Shown here: one piece after another, positions 20,050-22,293 of the stretch
How the letters are laid out: each line of letters starts with the position of its first letter
Numbering within the stretch: the first letter of the stretch is position 1
Assembly: GCA_024626585.2 (NCBI GenBank)
Contig: JANKJI020000002.1
Location: 106,720,318 to 106,742,610, forward strand
DNA from: Ginkgo biloba
Taxonomy: Eukaryota; Plantae; Ginkgophyta
Direction: 5' to 3'
Length of the DNA stretch: 22,293 nucleotides
Notes under the pieces: model-generated
Seen by the model: only the letters and a program-made list of their open reading frames with translations
What the model was told of the DNA's origin: nothing
Database searches by the model: none
Made by a program: the position numbers and the translations under genes

Positions 20050-21187
20050 TTTGTATTTTTTTAAAAATCTCATTTATCTTTCTATTAATTACCTCCCTCT
20101 GTAATCGTTACTCTTGGGCTCAATCCTATTGAGTGTGGTGAATCATTATGAGGTCATTTGGAATCCAAAAGATAGATCCCTCATGTTCCACCACTGGGGT
20201 AGGTAAGCCTCTCCATGGTCTCTTCTCCTCAACCTTGCTTACTTCACCCTTTTTGAAGGAAAATGGTATGAGCATGAGATGGGGTTGGTAAGCCATACTA
20301 ATCAACATCCCTCTCAAATCCTTTAGATGCCAACATAGTTAGTATAATCTTCTCACTACCAGATGATAAGTGAGAGTGTTCAAGGGTTCCTTGTCTTTTG
20401 GTTAAGGTGGAAGAAACTTCACCCTCTTGATTGTAACCACTCTAGCATCATATGCTACTAATGGTAAGCCTTCTCCCCAAAGGTTTATGATAGTGTTTAT
20501 ATTTTCTTCAAACACTATTCTCCATGCTTCCTTGTGCATCCTCTTCTCATGGGCCTCTATAAGCTTCTCCTCATACACTACATTTCGCCCAATAGCCTGT
20601 TCAACAAATTGTTGTAACTGTAGATATCTAGAACGTTGTTTGTCCCAAACCTTTTCAATAGAGAGTGTTGATAACAAGGCTCTCAGATGGACACTTCCCA
20701 TCATTAAATTCAAATCGTATTCCAAATCACCTCAACACAAGTCATTTGCTAAAAACATCTTGGCTATCAAATTTTATCATCCCTATTACTTCTGTTTAGA
20801 GGGCTTCCATTATGTCTGCATCAAATTGAATCAATGAAGCAATGATGAGTAGTGACCTCAACTAAAGATCCAAATTCATCTCCTTATAAACAAAAGCATA
20901 AACCCGAGGAGGTGCCCTGCATTGTGCAATTTGAGCAGCCAAACCCACTACTTGTATTAGAAGGGATTCAACCCATTCTGCTTCCTCGTTCAAGATATAA
21001 CACTTCTCACTCAAAAACTTAACTTCTCTTCTTGACCTAGATTCATGGGTGCCCCCTGTTCCCAAATCAACTACTTTTGTTATGTGACTTGCTTTTTTTA
21101 TTTACTCTTCCATTCTCACAATTCTTTCATTAGCTCCCTTGGAGGATAATTCGTTTCTCTGCAATTCTACCTCCATTCTATTTGCTG
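20050..21187 (-). pseudogene. Long degenerate ORF of unknown function, likely a retroelement extra ORF
   Basis: Minus-strand ORFs 21065-20862, 20725-20402 and 20317-20126 join through a few stops and a frameshift into more than 350 codons of helical-looking protein (ANRMEVELQRNELSS...EEAEWVESLLIQVVGLAAQIAQCRAPPRVYAFVY...EYDLNLMMGSVHLRALLS...). Confidence 0.5.
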
Positions 21188-21287
21188 NNNNNNNNNNNNN
21201 NNNNNNNNNNNNNNNNNNNNNNNNNNNNNNNNNNNNNNNNNNNNNNNNNNNNNNNNNNNNNNNNNNNNNNNNNNNNNNNNNNNNNNN

Positions 21288-22293
21288 CTTTTAGTGAGAA
21301 ACATCTTGCATTTTTTTTTTTTTTTTTATAGATTTATTGGGGCACACTTTTGAAGTGTAATCTCCAGCTAGTATAGGGCTTCTTGAAAAGAATCATCATA
21401 TATGGAGAAATGGTCCATATAAACTTCAAGAAGGATTGATATGCTTAGTAAAAACACTGACCACCTCTTGTTGAAAGGTGGTTGGACCATTACACGACTT
21501 GAAAGAGAGGACCCAATAAGCAAATTCACCCCACAAACATGTGAATGTGGTTTAGTCTTGATGGTCTGGAGTAATCTGAATCCGATTATACCTTGAGAAG
21601 CCATCTAGAAATGAAAAATATTTCTTATTGGCTAACTTGTCAAGGACTTGATCAATGAATGGCAAGGAAAAATTGTCCTTGGTAGCTTTGTTCAACATGC
21701 GTAATCAAATATATTTGCCAATTTCTTTAGAAAAAACTACCAATGGATAGATCCACTGACTATAAAAAATGGGATGGATGATTCCAAATGACAACAACTT
21801 ATCTAATTCATCCTTGCCAATTTGCATCATCATCTGGTTAAAACTGGCATNNNNNNNNNNNNNNNNNNNNNNNNNNNNNNNNNNNNNNNNNNNNNNNNNN
21901 NNNNNNNNNNNNNGTTCCAAGCGAATGCTCAATATTTTTTGAACATTTGATGCATTTTCTCCTTGTGGTCAAGTGTTATATATTTCCTAATAAGGAGGCT
22001 TTCTATGTCACCCATTTCCAATAAGTCCATGTCCAATTGAGTTTTTGGAATGGAGACTTAAGTTCATTGTTGAAAAATTTGGAGACAATCTTGAGTGGAA
22101 TCCAAAAGATCATCTTGTAATATATGTGACAACTCAACATCCATGTTTCCTACTTCTAGGGATTCCATTTTCTCTATTGCAATGACTTGATAAACATGCT
22201 CCTCGTATTTTGCATTCCAATTTGAAGTTAAGAACAAGTAGCTTTCGATATAGTCATCTGACTCTTCCTCTAATTCCATCCATTTAGGGGAGC
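21288..22293 (-). mobile_element. Athila-type Ty3/gypsy reverse transcriptase pseudogene with upstream pol spacer
   Basis: The minus strand reads KDELDKLLSFGIIHPIFYSQWIYPLVVFSK...LNKATKDNFSLPFIDQVLDKLANKKYFSFLDGFSRYNRIQITPDHQD*TTFTCLWGEFAYWVLSFKSCNGPTTFQ...EVYMDHFSIYDDSF. The YxDD motif is decayed to YMDH at 21421-21410. Confidence 0.93.
21311..21327. repeat. T17 homopolymer interrupting the RT relic
   Basis: Read directly. Confidence 0.85.

Noticed and set aside
20427-20837. 136-aa + strand ORF
   Set aside because: S/F/I-rich composition typical of the antisense of the minus-strand degenerate ORF.
21311-21327. Poly-T as a LINE/SINE tail
   Set aside because: RT-derived sequence appears to continue on both sides with no element body or TSD, so slippage expansion is more likely.

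Overview
AT-rich, gap-ridden (18 N-runs) eukaryotic nuclear sequence from a land plant; the style of the Ty3/gypsy relics suggests a gymnosperm (inference). The one clear host gene is a P-class pentatricopeptide-repeat (PPR) gene on the + strand, from ATG 9595 through at least 11316, where it runs into a 100-N gap. It most resembles the Arabidopsis At4g19440 family. Its apparent frameshift at 11057-11070 is best explained by an under-sized N gap. Both flanks hold heavily mutated Ty3/gypsy LTR-retrotransposon fragments of several types: four gag relics, two protease relics, one integrase, one Athila-type RT, LTR-like pieces and two accessory ORF relics of unknown function. I cannot support a new multi-gene biological system here. 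The best leads are an integrase relic whose motifs look more animal-gypsy-like than plant-like, an uncharacterised extra ORF downstream of the Athila-like pol, and the unresolved 3' structure of the PPR gene. Family assignments rest on motif recognition from memory, not database searches.
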